The notes beneath the pieces are model-generated. The model did not search any database. It saw nothing but the letters and a program-made list of their open reading frames with translations, and was not told where the DNA came from. The translations under genes were made by a program, and so were the position numbers. From positions 68,634,001-68,698,000 of the forward strand of contig JAGIQG010000008.1 of assembly GCA_024679065.1 (NCBI GenBank): DNA of 64,000 nt. The letters are read 5' to 3'. This DNA is from Sphyrna mokarran (Eukaryota). Below are positions 1 through 12,869 of this stretch, in pieces. Each line of letters begins with the position of its first letter. Position 1 is the stretch's first letter.

Positions 1-24
1 TTCCTCTGTAACACTGTGAGCAGG

Positions 25-211
25 CACTGGCATAATGGTATTGTCACTGGATTAGTAATCAGGAGACTTAGGGGACATCGACTCAAATCCTGCCACGGCA
101 GATGTTGAAATTTGAATTCAGTAAAAATCTGGAATTGTTCTAAAAACCCATTGGGTTTACTAATAGCCTTTAGGGGTCTGGCCTACATATGATTCCAGAT
201 CTACAACAATA
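25..211 (+). mobile_element. tRNA-derived SINE fragment (same family as 12870-13200)
   Basis: Shares GGCATAATGGTA..TCACTGGATTAGTAATC..GAAATTTGAATTCA..GGTCTGGCCTACAT..TCCAGA blocks with 12870-13130. Confidence 0.65.
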
Positions 212-428
212 TGATTACTTCAGTGAGGCACATGAAATTGGTCTTTTAGAATATGAACTCTCTGACTGAGGTCATAATTACTTGCCCAATCATGTGTCCA
301 TAAAACTGAGTGTCAGGTTTCCTGGTACTCTGGTTCTGATGTTGTACCAAAGCACTTTATAAATGAAATAAAGTTTGTAAATAAAGGAATCTAGTGAAGG
401 GACACTGACCTCTGATGAGTTATTTCAC
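212..428 (+). mobile_element. 5' LTR of Gypsy element 1
   Basis: TG...CA ends, AATAAA signals, followed immediately by PBS-like CTGGTGACAAGG and a gag ATG at 514; related to the solo LTR at 2846-3114. Confidence 0.65.
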
Positions 429-725
429 TGGTGACAAGGAAAAAGAATGACCCAAAAGAGCTTGTTCACTAACTGTTTGCTACGTATTAAGGGGTAAGCC
501 ATTTTCAGGCAATATGCCTCTGTTGGGCAAACTGGACTCTTTTGACCCTGCTGTGGAGGATCAGACCCAATATGTTGAACGCATGTGTTACTTTTATGGA
601 GCTAATGACATTGTGGCAGATGAAAAGCGATGGGTTATTCTTTTGACTGCTTGTGGATTTGCGGCATTTGCCATTATTCACAGCCTTTCTTTCCCAGAGG
701 TACCAGATACCAAAATCTTTCAGGA

Positions 726-1640
726 TAAAGGCAAAATACTGCAGATACTGGAATCTGAAACAAACACAGAAAAATACTAGAAAATCTCAGCTGTCTGCTA
801 GCATCAGTGCAGAGAGAATAGAACTTTGGTTTCGAATTAGGATGACCCTTCGTCAGAGCTGAGAGCAAAGAGAATCAGTGGAGATTTATATTATGAGGGT
901 GTAGGATGTAGAATGGAAAAATGGGAATATAAATGAGCATGCAGAAGGCTGAGAAGGTGTTGGAAGTATCCTTTAAGTGATCAGAATGCGTAAATGTCAA
1001 TGTGTCAATTGACATGAAGAAGTGGGGTGTGGGAGAGGAAGGATGGAAAGAAAGTGAACAATAAATTAGAGAATGAAATGAATAGAAATAGGCTGGAGGG
1101 GAGAATTCTTGCTCTGAAGTTGTTGAACTCGATGTTCAGCCCAGAAGGTTATAAATGGGGTGCAGTTCCTCCAGTTTGCCTTGGGGTTCCCAAGAACATT
1201 GTAACTGGCTAAGGATGGAATTATGGGCAGGAGAGGAGGCTGGTTTGTTTGGGCTGGGGGACTGGAAGTTGTTGACATGGTATAGGACATCAGAAGAATT
1301 ATAGATGTAGGTGGGAAGGGACTGGATAAGAGGTATGCAAATGGAGTCAAGATAGGAGTTCAGTGGGGCAGGAACAGGCTGATGGATCTACTGGGGCAGC
1401 CCTGTTTGTGGACCTTGGGAAGGAGATAGAAGCAGACTGTCCTGGGTTAGGAGATGGAGGTTGAAGGCTGCAGAGGGAAGAGGGAAGATTTCCAGAGGAG
1501 ATGAGTTCATGAACATTTCCTGGAAACTGTAGCTTGATGTTCCTAGCTTGTGTCATGATTAAGGAGAGGTAGGAGGAAGTATCCGAAAATTAGCGCTCAG
1601 CCCGTGCAGGTAGAGATCCTCATGCCAGACAACGGCACCA
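726..1640 (-). mobile_element. Penelope-like element fragment (RT part plus terminal repeat) inserted in Gypsy gag
   Basis: Minus-strand remnants ELISSGNLP...SACSCPTELLS and GAVVW-like motif typical of PLE RT; terminal segment with hammerhead core at 828-856; CTTTCAGGA (717-725) vs CTTCCAGGA (1650-1658) resembles a TSD. Confidence 0.8.
828..856 (-). ncRNA. Degenerate minimal hammerhead ribozyme core in PLE terminal repeat
   Basis: Minus strand reads CUGACGA-AGGGUCAUCCUAAUUC-GAAAC; core boxes intact, stems degraded. Confidence 0.55.
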
Positions 1641-2845
1641 GGATTGGTCCTTCCAGGAATTGGTGGACCTAATGAAAGAATATTATGATCCTATGCCATC
1701 TCTGATCCTGAGAAGGTACCAATTTTACTTGGCAATCTGGGAGTCAAGGGAGTTTGTCGAGAGTTTTTAAGGCTGAGACAGCTGGCAGAAGCTTATGAAT
1801 TTGGGTTAACACTTAATGAAATCCTAAGGGGCCATTTAGTATGTGGGATAAATAATGTGACTATCCAAAAACCCCCGTTGGCAGAAGCCCAACTGGACCA
1901 TAAATAGGTGCTGCAGCTGGACTTAACATTGCCAAAGGTGACGATAATGGGGCATATGAGTTGCAAGGTATCCTGATGAAGAGGACACTCATGCCATTGA
2001 ACTGAGTTAGGGGACCATCATTTGATTGCAGGCAATTATATAGCCATCTTTAGGAAGGATCCGATATAAGCAAATCCAGGTCTGCCTGTAGGACAGCCGC
2101 AAAACAAAGCTAAGCTTTGAAAGACAGCCAACAGTCCCTTCAGAATCCTACCCTGCAAGATATTGTAACAGCTGCTGGTCTGCCACGTGGAGCAGCAACA
2201 TAAGTTTGCAAGATCTAGATTTAAGAAGACAACACTTAGGCTAATGTCTAGGAAAGTGCAAACCGTGGAAGGTTTACCTACATCTCACAATTAATTTGCA
2301 TAGTAATGACCAAATCAAAACCAATTAAAATAAACGTAAGATTAAATGGATATCCAGTATTAACAGAGGTCGATGCAAGCGCAGCCTATTTGTGGTAGGA
2401 AAATCAATGTTCAGTAAAATTCATACTGGACTCCACTTCTTAACCATAACCAAGGCTGCAGCAAGACTGAGGACTTACACAGTGGGCCTCCGAGATTTAT
2501 AGATACAACCTTTATTCCCATCTCTTACAAAAGACAACTGGATAGGCTACCATTAATGATAGTGGAAGGCTCGAACACAAGCCTAAAGAAGCAAAACTGG
2601 AGAAATCCACCTGGGTTGGGTAAACATCTTCCAATTAGAAAACAGAGCTTGAGTGAAATCCTGCTCAAATACCCAGAAGTTTTCTGAAAAGGGCTAGGAA
2701 CGATAAAAGGAACCAAAGCGATATTAAGTGTCAATCAAAATGCAGTCTTGCGATGTTACAAGGCCCATTCAGTACCAATTGCTTTTAGGTGAAAAGTGGA
2801 AACAGAAATTAGAAGACTTGAACAAGAAAGTATCAAGAAAGTACC

Positions 2846-3114
2846 TGTGATAACTTCAGCCAGGCTAATGAGGTTGGCTTGCTAGAATATGAACGACCTT
2901 ATGAGTCCTCCTGAAAAAAAGTAAACTGACCTGGAAAGACATATCTGATGAGTCCTAATTGATGGTTAAATCAGTGAACCTCATTCTCCCTATTTAAAGC
3001 AGGTGTGTCAGATTCCCAGCCTGCATTTAGCAGAGAACAACCGGCTGTGTACAGATGTATGGTAGAAATAAAGTAACTTGATGACGGGACTTCTACATCC
3101 GTGGAGTTACTACA
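2846..3114 (+). mobile_element. Solo LTR nested in Gypsy 1 pol
   Basis: TGTGATAAC...GAGTTACTACA; shares TAGAATATGAAC, GTGTCAG, AATAAAG and GAGTTA blocks with LTR 212-428; pol reading (KPVQF) resumes right after. Confidence 0.7.
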
Positions 3115-5029
3115 AACCAGTCCAGTTTGTGTAAAAGGCAGCATCAGTGATGTCTGATTTGAAGTCAGGTGATTCAGTCCATCATTGTGGGGACTTTAAA
3201 AAAAACAATAAACTGTTATTCATAGCTGGTCAAATACCCAATTCCCCAGATTTGGATTTAAATGTGAAGTTGGCAAGGGAGCTCTTAATCTTGAAATTAA
3301 ATATGAGTCATGCTTATTTGCAGTTGCAACTGGATGAGAATTTGCAGAAATATTCCACGATCAATATTCTAAAGGGTTTCTATCAATACAATGTTACCTT
3401 TTGGGATATCACTAGCATGCTTGATTTTCCAGAGAACAATGGAGAAAGTGTTAATTGGACTACTAAAAGAGGACAAGGCAGTGCCATCAAAAGGGATCCA
3501 GTGGTAATCATTATTATTGGCTGCTTACAATTATCAGTTGGAGCACCGGCCATGAGGGTGAGTGGCAAATGCATTTACCTTAAGTAAGTAACCTTTAGCA
3601 GACACACTGATGGTATCCCAAGTAGAAGAGACAGTAATGGCTATGAATTTTCTGGATACAATTCCAGTGGCCACACATGATATATATCTTTGGATGCGAA
3701 AGGACCCTGTACATTCAAAAATTAAACACTTAGCACTGATAGGGGAAACAAAAAGGCCAATTCCACCCTTACCGGAGTGGAAGAGAGCAGTTCACAGTTG
3801 AAGACGGAATATTGCTATGAGAGGCATAAGTGGTTATTCTGAGTCAGGCCACTTTGCTATGCTGGCTGAACTACATCACAGCTACCCAGCATTGTCCAAA
3901 ATGAAAGTGTTGGCCAGGAGCTATGTTTGCTGGAGCGACACTTGTGGGTCTGTGCCAGCAATGCCAGTAAGGACAGAAGTTGCCACCAGCAGCTCCCCTA
4001 TAACCATGGGAATGGCTGAGTAGACCACAGATTTGGCTGTATATAGATTGTGCAGCCCATTCATGGGCTCGATGTTCTTGATCATAGTAGATGCTCGCTC
4101 AAAATGGATGGGTGCACATAGGATACATTCAACGACCGGAACAGATTACACCTCCCTCTGTTATACTCTCTTATCTAACAGTGTAGAATACAGCTCCACT
4201 TGTGACATTCTCTGATATAACAGCAGAAATTAAAGCTCTCTCTGGTATATCATTATCTAAAAATATAAATTACTGTTCCAACTCTAGAACTCTCGGATAT
4301 AATGAATGAATGACCACCTTCCACCACCCCCCCTCCAGGTTTTTTACCTTCCACAATGGATTATTCTCAATTTGCATGGATAAGTGCATCACATCATCAC
4401 AGCAACATGCAAGAATTCAATGCCATCTCGGAAAAAGCAGCCCATTTTTTTAAACTGCACCACCACCTTAATCAGTAATTCCAGCATCACTGACTCACAC
4501 TGGCAGCATGGGTACCATCTATAAGGTGCACTGCAGGGAGTTACTTAGGCTTCTTCCTAGAGCCACAGTATATTAAGAGTCAGGTACACATGCAGATTTA
4601 CCAAGTCATAGGTTACCCACTAAACCCTCAGTATATTGGGAGAGTGTATAATGGTGTTGATATTTGGGATTTCCCAATTGCCTGCATTTTATGTACAATG
4701 TCAAGAGATAGTGAAATGCTTCACAAAAAGACGACCAGACTAATACAGAAAAATGTAACAAACCTCATCAACAGGAAAACAAAATCCCAAAAGCCCATCC
4801 TCATGGGAAACTGTGATTGTAATGTTGACTGATGAGAATTCAACCACAGAATAATATAGACAACTATCCATCACTATGAAGACGGATTATCCTTTAATAT
4901 CTCCAGCTCACCTCTGTTCTGACAGGCTACACACAGGCATTTATTATTCTAATCCAGCTGCTCTAGATAGTCAGGTAATCAGAGCATACACTGAAGCTGA
5001 CCCATGAGGATACTGCTCATATGTCAGAA

Positions 5030-5310
5030 TCAACAACAACTTTTATTTATATAACATCTTTAATGTAATGAAATATCTCAAGTACTTCAACAAGAGCAAT
5101 ATAAAATAAAAATAGAAAGCTGAGCTGCATAATGAGATGTCAAGTTAAATCATCAAAAGTTTGATTAAAAGGATAGGTTTTAGTGTCTTAAAGAAAAAAA
5201 CAGAGCGAGGGGCAGAAAATTTAGGGAGAGAAGTCCAGAACTCGGGGCAACCAAAGGCACAGCCACCAATGGTGCAGCAATTATAATTGGGAATGCATAA
5301 GGGGCCAGAG
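5030..5310 (-). mobile_element. L2-type LINE 3' end fragment
   Basis: AACAACAACTTTTATTTATATAACATCTTTAATGTA.. is the reverse of an L2/SINE-type tail. Confidence 0.5.
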
Positions 5311-5747
5311 AAACATATACATATTAACATTAATTTTATTCATGCAGTATCTTGAAGGTAATACATCAACCCATGGTCTCTAATAAGAGTGTTATAAATC
5401 AAATGTTTGGAGTTTGAGGAGGGCTGAGAGTGAACTGGAGAATGCAACATGAAGTTGCTGATTTCTTTATAGAGCGACTGATTGGAAAGCAGCTCTGTTA
5501 ACCTATAAATGGTATACTAAAACTGAGGGATGATTTCAATTGGGCTTGCCTGAGATCAGACTGTATGAACATTTTACTCCAGCAGAAAGTTAAATGGGGC
5601 AGGAAGTATCAGACACATCTGGGCAGCAGTTCTCCCTCTCGCTGTACAAAAAAATTAGTGCAGCGGATTGGAAAATTCTCACGTCAGCCAATTCGCAGGA
5701 TTGACACATATATTTGTCAATATTTGGAGGGGCATTGCTTTTTATTT

Positions 5748-5808
5748 TGGTCGGCACAACATCGAAGGCCGAAGGGCCTGTTCTGTGCTGTATTGTTCTA
5801 TGTTCTAT
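5748..5808 (+). mobile_element. Very short CR1 3' tail insertion
   Basis: GGCCGAAGGGCCTGTTCTGTGCTGTATTGTTCTATGTTCTA, nearly identical to the tail at 25770-25815. Confidence 0.8.
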
Positions 5809-5809
5809 A

Positions 5810-6650
5810 TAACCTTCCCAATGGTGTCTCCCAACACTGGATTTCCAGCAGCAACAGCTCCATGCCAAAATCGGCGGGGTGGCGCCAAGGTTATTTAAAT
5901 GGTCATTTTAATATTATCTAAATATCCTTAGTAGGCCCGGGACTGAAGTTTCTGGGCCTGTTAGCATCTCCTGCTTCCTGCCTCCCATTTGTCAGAGTGG
6001 TTCACTCCAGCGGGGATTACAGTAGCTTCCCACTAACAGGGAATTAGTGGCCCGATGACCCCACTGGAATGAAAGGGAAGCAATTGGGACCCCGGAAGGT
6101 TGGGCAGCAGGAGTGGTACCCCCTAGCAGTGCCAGCCTAGGCTCCCTGGCTTTGCCCAACAGGCAATGCCAAGGGGGTGGGGCCTAATGGGGCAGGACAA
6201 TCAGTACAGGTGGAGAGTCCCACTGCCACTGCAAACAGGATCTTTGAGGGAAGCAGGGAGGCTAGTGATTGGGGCAGGCTGGGGTCAGTCTGCTTGGGGG
6301 TTTCAGACTGCAGGGTGGGGCGTGAGGGATGGCTTGGGGCTGACCTGGGAATGGTCAGAAGGCCAGCAATGCATGGTTCGCGGGGTTGGCCAACAATTGA
6401 ATTGGCCAGCAATCGGGAGGCCGGCAGAGTGGGATTACTACTGATCTCAGTGCTAACAGATCAGTGCATGCACAGTGGCCCACTCAGCCCTATGCTGCTA
6501 GCCTTTTCAGCAGGAATAGACCCTGCCCACTGATTTCTAATGATAATCATACTAGTGCCCTTTGCAGTCACTAGTCTCTGAACTCCCACTTAATAAACCA
6601 GTATAAATTAGTCCAGTTTTCTAGCAAATGTTTCAAGAGAATTCTGGGCC
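5810..6650. mobile_element. Non-autonomous Harbinger-like DNA transposon relic
   Basis: AAAATCGGC..TTATT..AGGCCCGGGACTGAAGT block shared with 59625-59700 (next to the HARBI1-like ORF) and about 36750-36845. Confidence 0.5.
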
Positions 6651-7084
6651 TGATCTCCTCAGAGGATTCAGTGCATTCACAAATACACTTGAACACCATT
6701 TATCAACTGTGTCTAATCTGACTGCAACAATCTAAAACTAATCCTACTACCTCACTCTCCCAATAGCCCAGTGTTTTCTTCTCTTTCAGTTATTTGTTCA
6801 ACTGCCCAGTGAAAGATGCAATGTTATTTGCAACATCTTTTTCTTGTGGTAAAGGGTTCCATAGTCCAACTAAGGCACTTTGACAAACTGCTTTCCTTAC
6901 TTTCAAAGAACAAAGAACAAAACAGCACGGAAAACAGGCCCTTCGGCCCAATGGGCCCACGCCGCCACCCTGAAGTTCCCACTTCTACCTGTGATCCCTG
7001 TCTATGTTTATAGATCTAATATATTTCGTACTAATATATTTAAATGAATGGAAAAGAAAGACTTCCATTTATACAGGGCCTTCC

Positions 7085-7344
7085 TGTTATGACGGCTGCG
7101 GGGATTTATCAATCTTTCTGTAGGCTTCACTAAATAAAGGCTCCTCAATTGGGCAAATGGAGGCTTTCCCAATAGGGAAGGAGCAGTAGGGATGGAGTGG
7201 GGTTAAACCAGCTGGCTCCACTTAGGCTGACCGTTGACGGACTCAGGACTGATCTGAACTCTGCAGCCATTGAACGGTGTGTAGATCTCACTGTAAATTA
7301 AGGGTGATTGTTGACAAAAGATTGGCCTCGGTAAGATTATTACA
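7085..7344 (+). repeat. 5' LTR of Gypsy element 2
   Basis: TGTTATGACGG...GGTAAGATTATTACA; colinear with 12333-12597. Confidence 0.9.
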
Positions 7345-10300
7345 TTGACGATGAGGAGTAAAACAAGTTTTTTTCCTTCCTACCAGACCATCTTTACCAT
7401 TGAGACAAGGAATCCTCTGGTAAGAAATATACCTCTTTTCAGGAAACTTGAAGTCTTCAATGCAAGAATAAAAGACTGGACCCAGCATGCAGAGTGCATG
7501 AATTACTTTTCTTTGGGCACACAGTATTGAGGGGGACAAGAACAGAAAGTGATCCTGTTGGTAGCATGCAGGGTCCTGAGCTTCAGAGTAGTAAAAAACC
7601 TGACCTATCTGGATGTCCTCAACTGAACTGGTGAACTTGGTAAAAGGCGATTATGAACCAAAGCCTTCTATAAAACTCCTGTGATACTGCTTTAACACAG
7701 CAGGATGAATCACTGGGATATCTATCACCAAATTTCTGACCAGGCTACGAAAATTGGCAGAGCATTGTGAATTCAGGCTACCCCTAAATAACATGTTGCA
7801 ACAGATATTGGTCTATAGAATTAACGAGATGACAGGCCATAAAAAATTATTGACAGACCAAATTTGGATCTAAAGTAGGTCATTAAAATAGCTCTATTAT
7901 TAGTGAATGCAGAGAAGGGAGCTCAGAAATTACATGGAAAGTCAGATAGCAATGTCCATCCTTCAACTGAGAACAACAGTATCAGTAAAATATCCTTGAA
8001 TCCCTTACAGCAGTGGAGTCCGGGTCACATCACCAGCAGTCTAGGGAAGTCAGCGACAGCCTTCAGACTCCAGGAAGCATATTCCAGAAGGTTGTAGATG
8101 TCAGATGGCAGACAATTGCAAGTTCTGCAGAAGACCATAATCAAGGCTAAGAGATAGGGTCAGTTAAAACGCATGCTATTTTTAAAAAAGGGCCAAGACA
8201 ACTATACCTTATTGGTTTGCCTACAACCAGGAACAGAAACAATGCAATTAAATTGCATCTCCGCAACAAAGGTTATCCACATAATGGTGGAGCTATTAAT
8301 AAATGGGCATACATTAAAAAAGAAAATCGATATGGGGGTTGTGGTCTCTATTATCAGGGAGCAGACTTACAACCATCTCCAGGCTGGTATTCAACTCCTG
8401 TGGCATAGAAAGCGCAAAGGCCAGACAGGCCATCTACACAGGCGAACCATTGCTGATAAAGGGCACTATAGTGACCCTAGTGACTTACAGATAGCATTTG
8501 GCTCAACTTCTACTCATCATTTTACAGGGGCAAGACCAAGCCTTATGGAAAGAGATTGGCTCCAATGCATCAGACCGAGATCTTTAGGTTAGGTGTAGGA
8601 GAGCTATACAAAATTATTGATAAGTACTCCAACGTCTTCTAAGAACAGCTTGGGAAAATAGAGAGAGCCAAAACTAAGATTTAAGTCAATCTCATTGTTA
8701 CATCTAAATATTTTAGAGTGAGACCAATTCCATACACCTATTGGAAAAAGCAGAATCAGAACTGGTATACCTGGAAAAGCTGGCCGAACAGTTTGCAAAG
8801 TGGACCACATCTATTGTTCCTGTCCTTAAACTAGATAAGTTGGTCTGACTTTGTGGAGATTATAAGCTTACAATCAATAGAATTTCTAAACTTGGTGGAT
8901 ATCTCATGCCCCGGATCAAAGACCTATACACCAAGGTAACTGGGAACCAAACATTTTCAAAGTTGGACATGAGCCATGTATATCTACAACTTGAATTGGA
9001 TGAGCCTTCCTGAAAGTATATCACTAATACACTTGCTTGCCCTTTTTGGTTTCATTTGCATGTGCCATTTTTCAATGATTCATGAATCAAGTATTACCTC
9101 CAAGTGAGGTAGCAATGCACCTGGCTGATAGCTTTGTCACAGGGAACTTCAGAATGCAAACACCTAACAAACTTGGAAGAGGTCTTATTGCAATTTTTGG
9201 AGGTCAAGGTGCACCTGAAAAGGGAAAAGTATGTCTTCCAAGAAAGTGCCATGATATATTTGGGCTACTGGATGGATGGCAAGAGTTTTCATCCTGTGGA
9301 AGACAAGGTGTCGACAATTAAAGAGGTGCAAACTTCAAGGAACTCAACAGAACTGAATTAATTCCTGAGATTGGTGAATTATTATAGGAAATTTATTTCT
9401 AATTTAGCTTTTTTGCCCTGCATATCCTACTACGGAAGTATCAAAAGTGATCTGGGGGTGCCACAGCTGAAGGTTTTCAATGGACTAAAACAGCAACTTT
9501 TGTCCTTTATCTTACTGTCTTGACCCCAAAACGGACCTTATCTTGACATGCAATGCCTTCTCCTATGGGGTTCGGGTAGTACTGGCACAATGCCGAACGT
9601 TGAGTGGAGGTACTCCCAGATTGAAAAAGAGGGATTAGCAGTTGTCTTTGATGCTAGAATGTTCCAACAATACATCTACAGTAGATACTTTTTCATAGCA
9701 AGTAATCATAAACCACTGTTGGAATTTTTAAAAGAAGACAGGGCAATATTCCCATTGCCTCCACCTGATACAACATTGGGCCTTGTTACTGGCGGCTTAT
9801 GAATACCTTCTAGAGCACTACCCCGGAACCCAAATGGCTAACACTGATGCACTGAGTCTTCTGCCACTGCCAGGCAGTCTGGCTTTGTCACCATGTGGAA
9901 GAGATTGTGGTGATCCTCAATTACTTAGACACCTCACTGATATCTACGAGGCAAATCAAGGACCAAACACAAATGGACCCAGTTTTGTCTAAATTAAAAA
10001 AACATAAATACCGTGTAGGGATTCAGAGGACAGCCCTCAAATGAAATGAAATATTTATAGACAAAGAAAGACAAGCTTAGTGTTGAAGATGGCATCACCT
10101 TCTAAGGTTCCCATATAATAGCCTTCACCCAGGGCTACATCCAATATTTATAGAATTATACCACGCCCACCCTAGGATTTCAAAGATGGAAATGCTAGCC
10201 AGGGGCTAAGTATGATGGTCCAGCCTTGAGGCAGACATCATTGACTTGACTCGACAGTGTGAATCATGACAACAGAATTAAAAACTCTTCACTTTAACAT

Positions 10301-10948
10301 CTCTACATCCTTGGGAGTGGCCTGGTAGGCCCCAGCTGTGATTGCACGTAGACTTCACCAGGTCCTTTTTTTGGGCTCCATGCTCCTGATTATGGTCGGC
10401 ACACATTCTAAATGTTCGGAGACACACCAGATGAGCTCCACCACTTCTTATGCTACCATTGAGAAACTATGACAAAGTTTCTGCACACATGGGATGCTTG
10501 ATGTTCTGATCTCTGATAATGGTGCACTGAGTTTCAGGTCTTCATGTTTTCCAATGGAGTCAAATGCACTGGGACAGCAATCTACCACCTGGCTGAATAA
10601 GTGATACAGACTTTTAAGCTTGGCATGAAGACGCAATCTGCAATGTGCACAGAGACAAAACTAGAACAATTTTTAGTTGGCTACAAGACTACCCCTCACA
10701 CAATGACAGGAATTGCCCAAGTGGAATTGTTAATGGAACAGATACTTTAGACAAGATTAAGCTTACTTCTGCCAAACCTGGCAGGGAGGGCAGAGTTCCC
10801 ACAAGAGACCCAAGTGAAGAATCATGATTCTGTAAGGACAGACAGAACTTTCAAAACCAAAGACACAGTCCATGTGAGGAACTTTGATGTCAGTCTCAGT
10901 TAGATTATATTGGAGAAAACAGTAGTTGCACTCCTGCCTCATGGCAGG

Positions 10949-11588
10949 AAACCTATTCATTCACTAATATGCTTTAGGTAAGGACATATGCCATCCTTAC
11001 CTGGTCTTGTCTACATGTGACTCCAGAGCCACAGCAATGTGGTTAACTCTCAACTGCCCTCTGAAATGAAGGGCAGTTAGGAATAAGCAATCCTGTAAAA
11101 ATGAATAAATAAAAAAAAACTTCGCTTATTGTTTCTCTTTTCCACTGGAAATCTTCCCAGTGTCTGAAATCCCTTTCCCAACCCTGTTATCATTCTAATG
11201 AATCTCTGCTGTGTGTTCATAAATGAGCGTCTCCCAGTTAATACCATGAAAGCAATCAATCATTTCACTCAACTCAGCCCAACAGCACAACCCTCGCATT
11301 TGGCGTGTCACATGATGGCACCTCTTCATACAGGTACAGGCCCTCAGGGTTCCAAAAAGCTATCATTCCTCATACCATTATTACAACAGCAACTCCCATT
11401 TGATTTTGTTTTCATTGTTTGGATCTTCAGGCTAAACGCTGTGCAGTATGTTTCAAGTTCTAAACCTGAATACCTGCCAGGAAAGATCTCACATTGCTCT
11501 GTCATCTTGTTACCAGAGGGTACATCACTCAACTATTCTTTTATGTGTCAATCACAATGGCCGTAAAGAACAGTTGCCCAATTGCAAT
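10949..11588 (+). repeat. 640-bp near-identical direct copy of 13037-13676
   Basis: Constant offset of 2088; only two differences seen (11316 T vs 13404 C; 11388 A vs 13476 G). Confidence 0.97.
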
Positions 11589-11643
11589 AGTTTCATGGTC
11601 ATCATTAGATTTTTAATTCAGAGTTTTATTGAATTCAAATTTC
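11585..11643 (-). repeat. 59-bp inverted copy of 12964-13022
   Basis: CAATAGTTTCATGGTC...GAATTCAAATTTC is the exact reverse complement of GAAATTTGAATTC...GACCATGAAACTATTG. Confidence 0.95.
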
Positions 11644-12332
11644 GTGGCATCACAGACCCAGGTTCACATTCTCCAGTGTTCTACATGGATTTTCTCCAGG
11701 TACTCTGGTTTCCTCCCATAGTCCAAAGATGTGCAGGTTAGGTGGATTGACCATGGTGAAACAAAAATTGACCTTAGTGTCCCAAGTTGTGTAAGTTAGA
11801 CGAATTAGCCATGGTAAGTAAATGTGTGGGGTTATGGGGATTGGGCAGAGGAGAAGGCCTGGATAAGCTACTCGGTCAGAGAGTGAATGCTGATTCAATG
11901 GGTCGAATGATTTTATGAAAAAGGAGTCCATATAAATTCCAAGTTCAGGACAAGATTGTCAGAAAATACCTGGACTATCTCCTAAATAAGGAGCTCGGGC
12001 CAGCATAGGCCTCATTACTAGCCATAAAGATGGCCACTCAGGCCATAAATGAAGGTTGACACTATGCAGATCCTCTATGTGATGAAGATTTGGACTATGA
12101 TATGGAAGCGAAAGAAACCAGTGCACCTACTGAAGCAAGACCTCAAGAAGATCCAGAGTCGGTGGCTTTGAGGCGCTGTCTTTGAGAGCAAAAATCGCCC
12201 ACTCGCTTCATACCATCTGATCCCATCCTGCCTCCCATTGACACCAGGCCAATAGCTAAGTGATGAAAAATGTCACCCCCCCACTGCTGTAGCAAAGATG
12301 CGGGGGAAAAAGTGGATTTGAGAGGGGATGGA

Positions 12333-12597
12333 TATTATGATGGCCATGGAGACAATCAATAGAACATCCTGTGGGCATTATTAAATACGAACTCCCGTAT
12401 TAGGCAAATGGAGACTCATGCAATAGGGAAGGAGTAGCAGCGGGGGGAGAGAGGGAGGTTTTAAAACCAGTTGGCTCCACTCAGGCTGACAATTGATAGA
12501 CTGGGGATTTGCACTCTGTGTCATTGAACAGCATTCAGATATCGCAATAAATAAAGGGTAAATGGCAATGAAAGACTGGCCCGGTAAGATTATGATA
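12333..12597 (+). repeat. 3' LTR of Gypsy element 2
   Basis: TATTATGATGG...GGTAAGATTATGATA after the PPT; shares GGCAAATGGAG, CAATAGGGAAGGAG and TGGCTCCACT blocks with the 5' LTR. Confidence 0.9.
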
Positions 12598-12869
12598 CTT
12601 CCACAATCTCAAGATGTCCCAAAGGACTTCCAACAGAGAAGTACTTCCTCTGTGTTGCATTAAAGTGTCAGCCTTGAATATGAGTTCAAGCCTCTGGAAT
12701 CAGACTTGAACCTAGGATTGTCTGACTTAGAGAGCAGTGTACTACCAATAATCCATGACTGACATATTAAGAAACCCCCTTTTCCTTCCACTAATAGTTC
12801 AACTGGAGGAAATGATCTTTTCTTATTTTATCGTAACGTTAACAGACTTTATTAAATGGGGGTGGGGAG

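Larger units (their letters stand above)
429..4140 (+). mobile_element. Decayed Gypsy/Ty3 retrotransposon internal region (gag-PR-RT-partial IN); interrupted by nested insertions, no 3' LTR seen
   Basis: MPLLGKLDSFDPAVEDQTQYVERM gag start; FQELVDLMKEYYDP resumes at about 1651; LNMSHAYLQLQLDE (RT); ELHHSYPALSKMKVLARSYV (IN zinc finger); PFMGSMFLIIVDARSKW (IN core); many stops and frameshifts. Confidence 0.9.
10915..11915 (+). mobile_element. HE1-like SINE interrupted by a templated insertion (pieces about 10915-10948 and 11644-11915)
   Basis: GCACTCCTGCCTCATGGCA..|..GTGGCATCACAGACCCAGGTTC..GTCCAAAGATGTGCAGGTTAGGTGGATTG. Confidence 0.75.
7085..12597 (+). mobile_element. Full-length decayed Gypsy/Ty3 LTR retrotransposon (element 2)
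   Basis: LTRs 7085-7344 and 12333-12597; PBS-like TTGACGATGAGG; PPT AGAGGGGATGGA; 5-bp TSD CTTCC (7080-7084, 12598-12602); motifs IDMGVVVSII (PR), YSQIEKEGLAVVF (RNase H), LEHYPGTQMANTDALS. Confidence 0.92.
7052..12765 (-). mobile_element. DeuSINE/AmnSINE-like SINE split by Gypsy 2 (pieces about 7052-7084 and 12598-12765)
   Basis: GAAAGACTTCCATTTATACAGGGCCTTCC joins ACAATCTCAAGATGTCCCAAAGG..GAAGTACTT across the TSD, then a reverse tRNA-like head. Confidence 0.6.

Noticed and set aside
6905-7012. Short element shared with 18232-18350
   Set aside because: Explained as 5'-truncated CR1-subfamily 3' ends with (TTCTTTG)n tails rather than a new family
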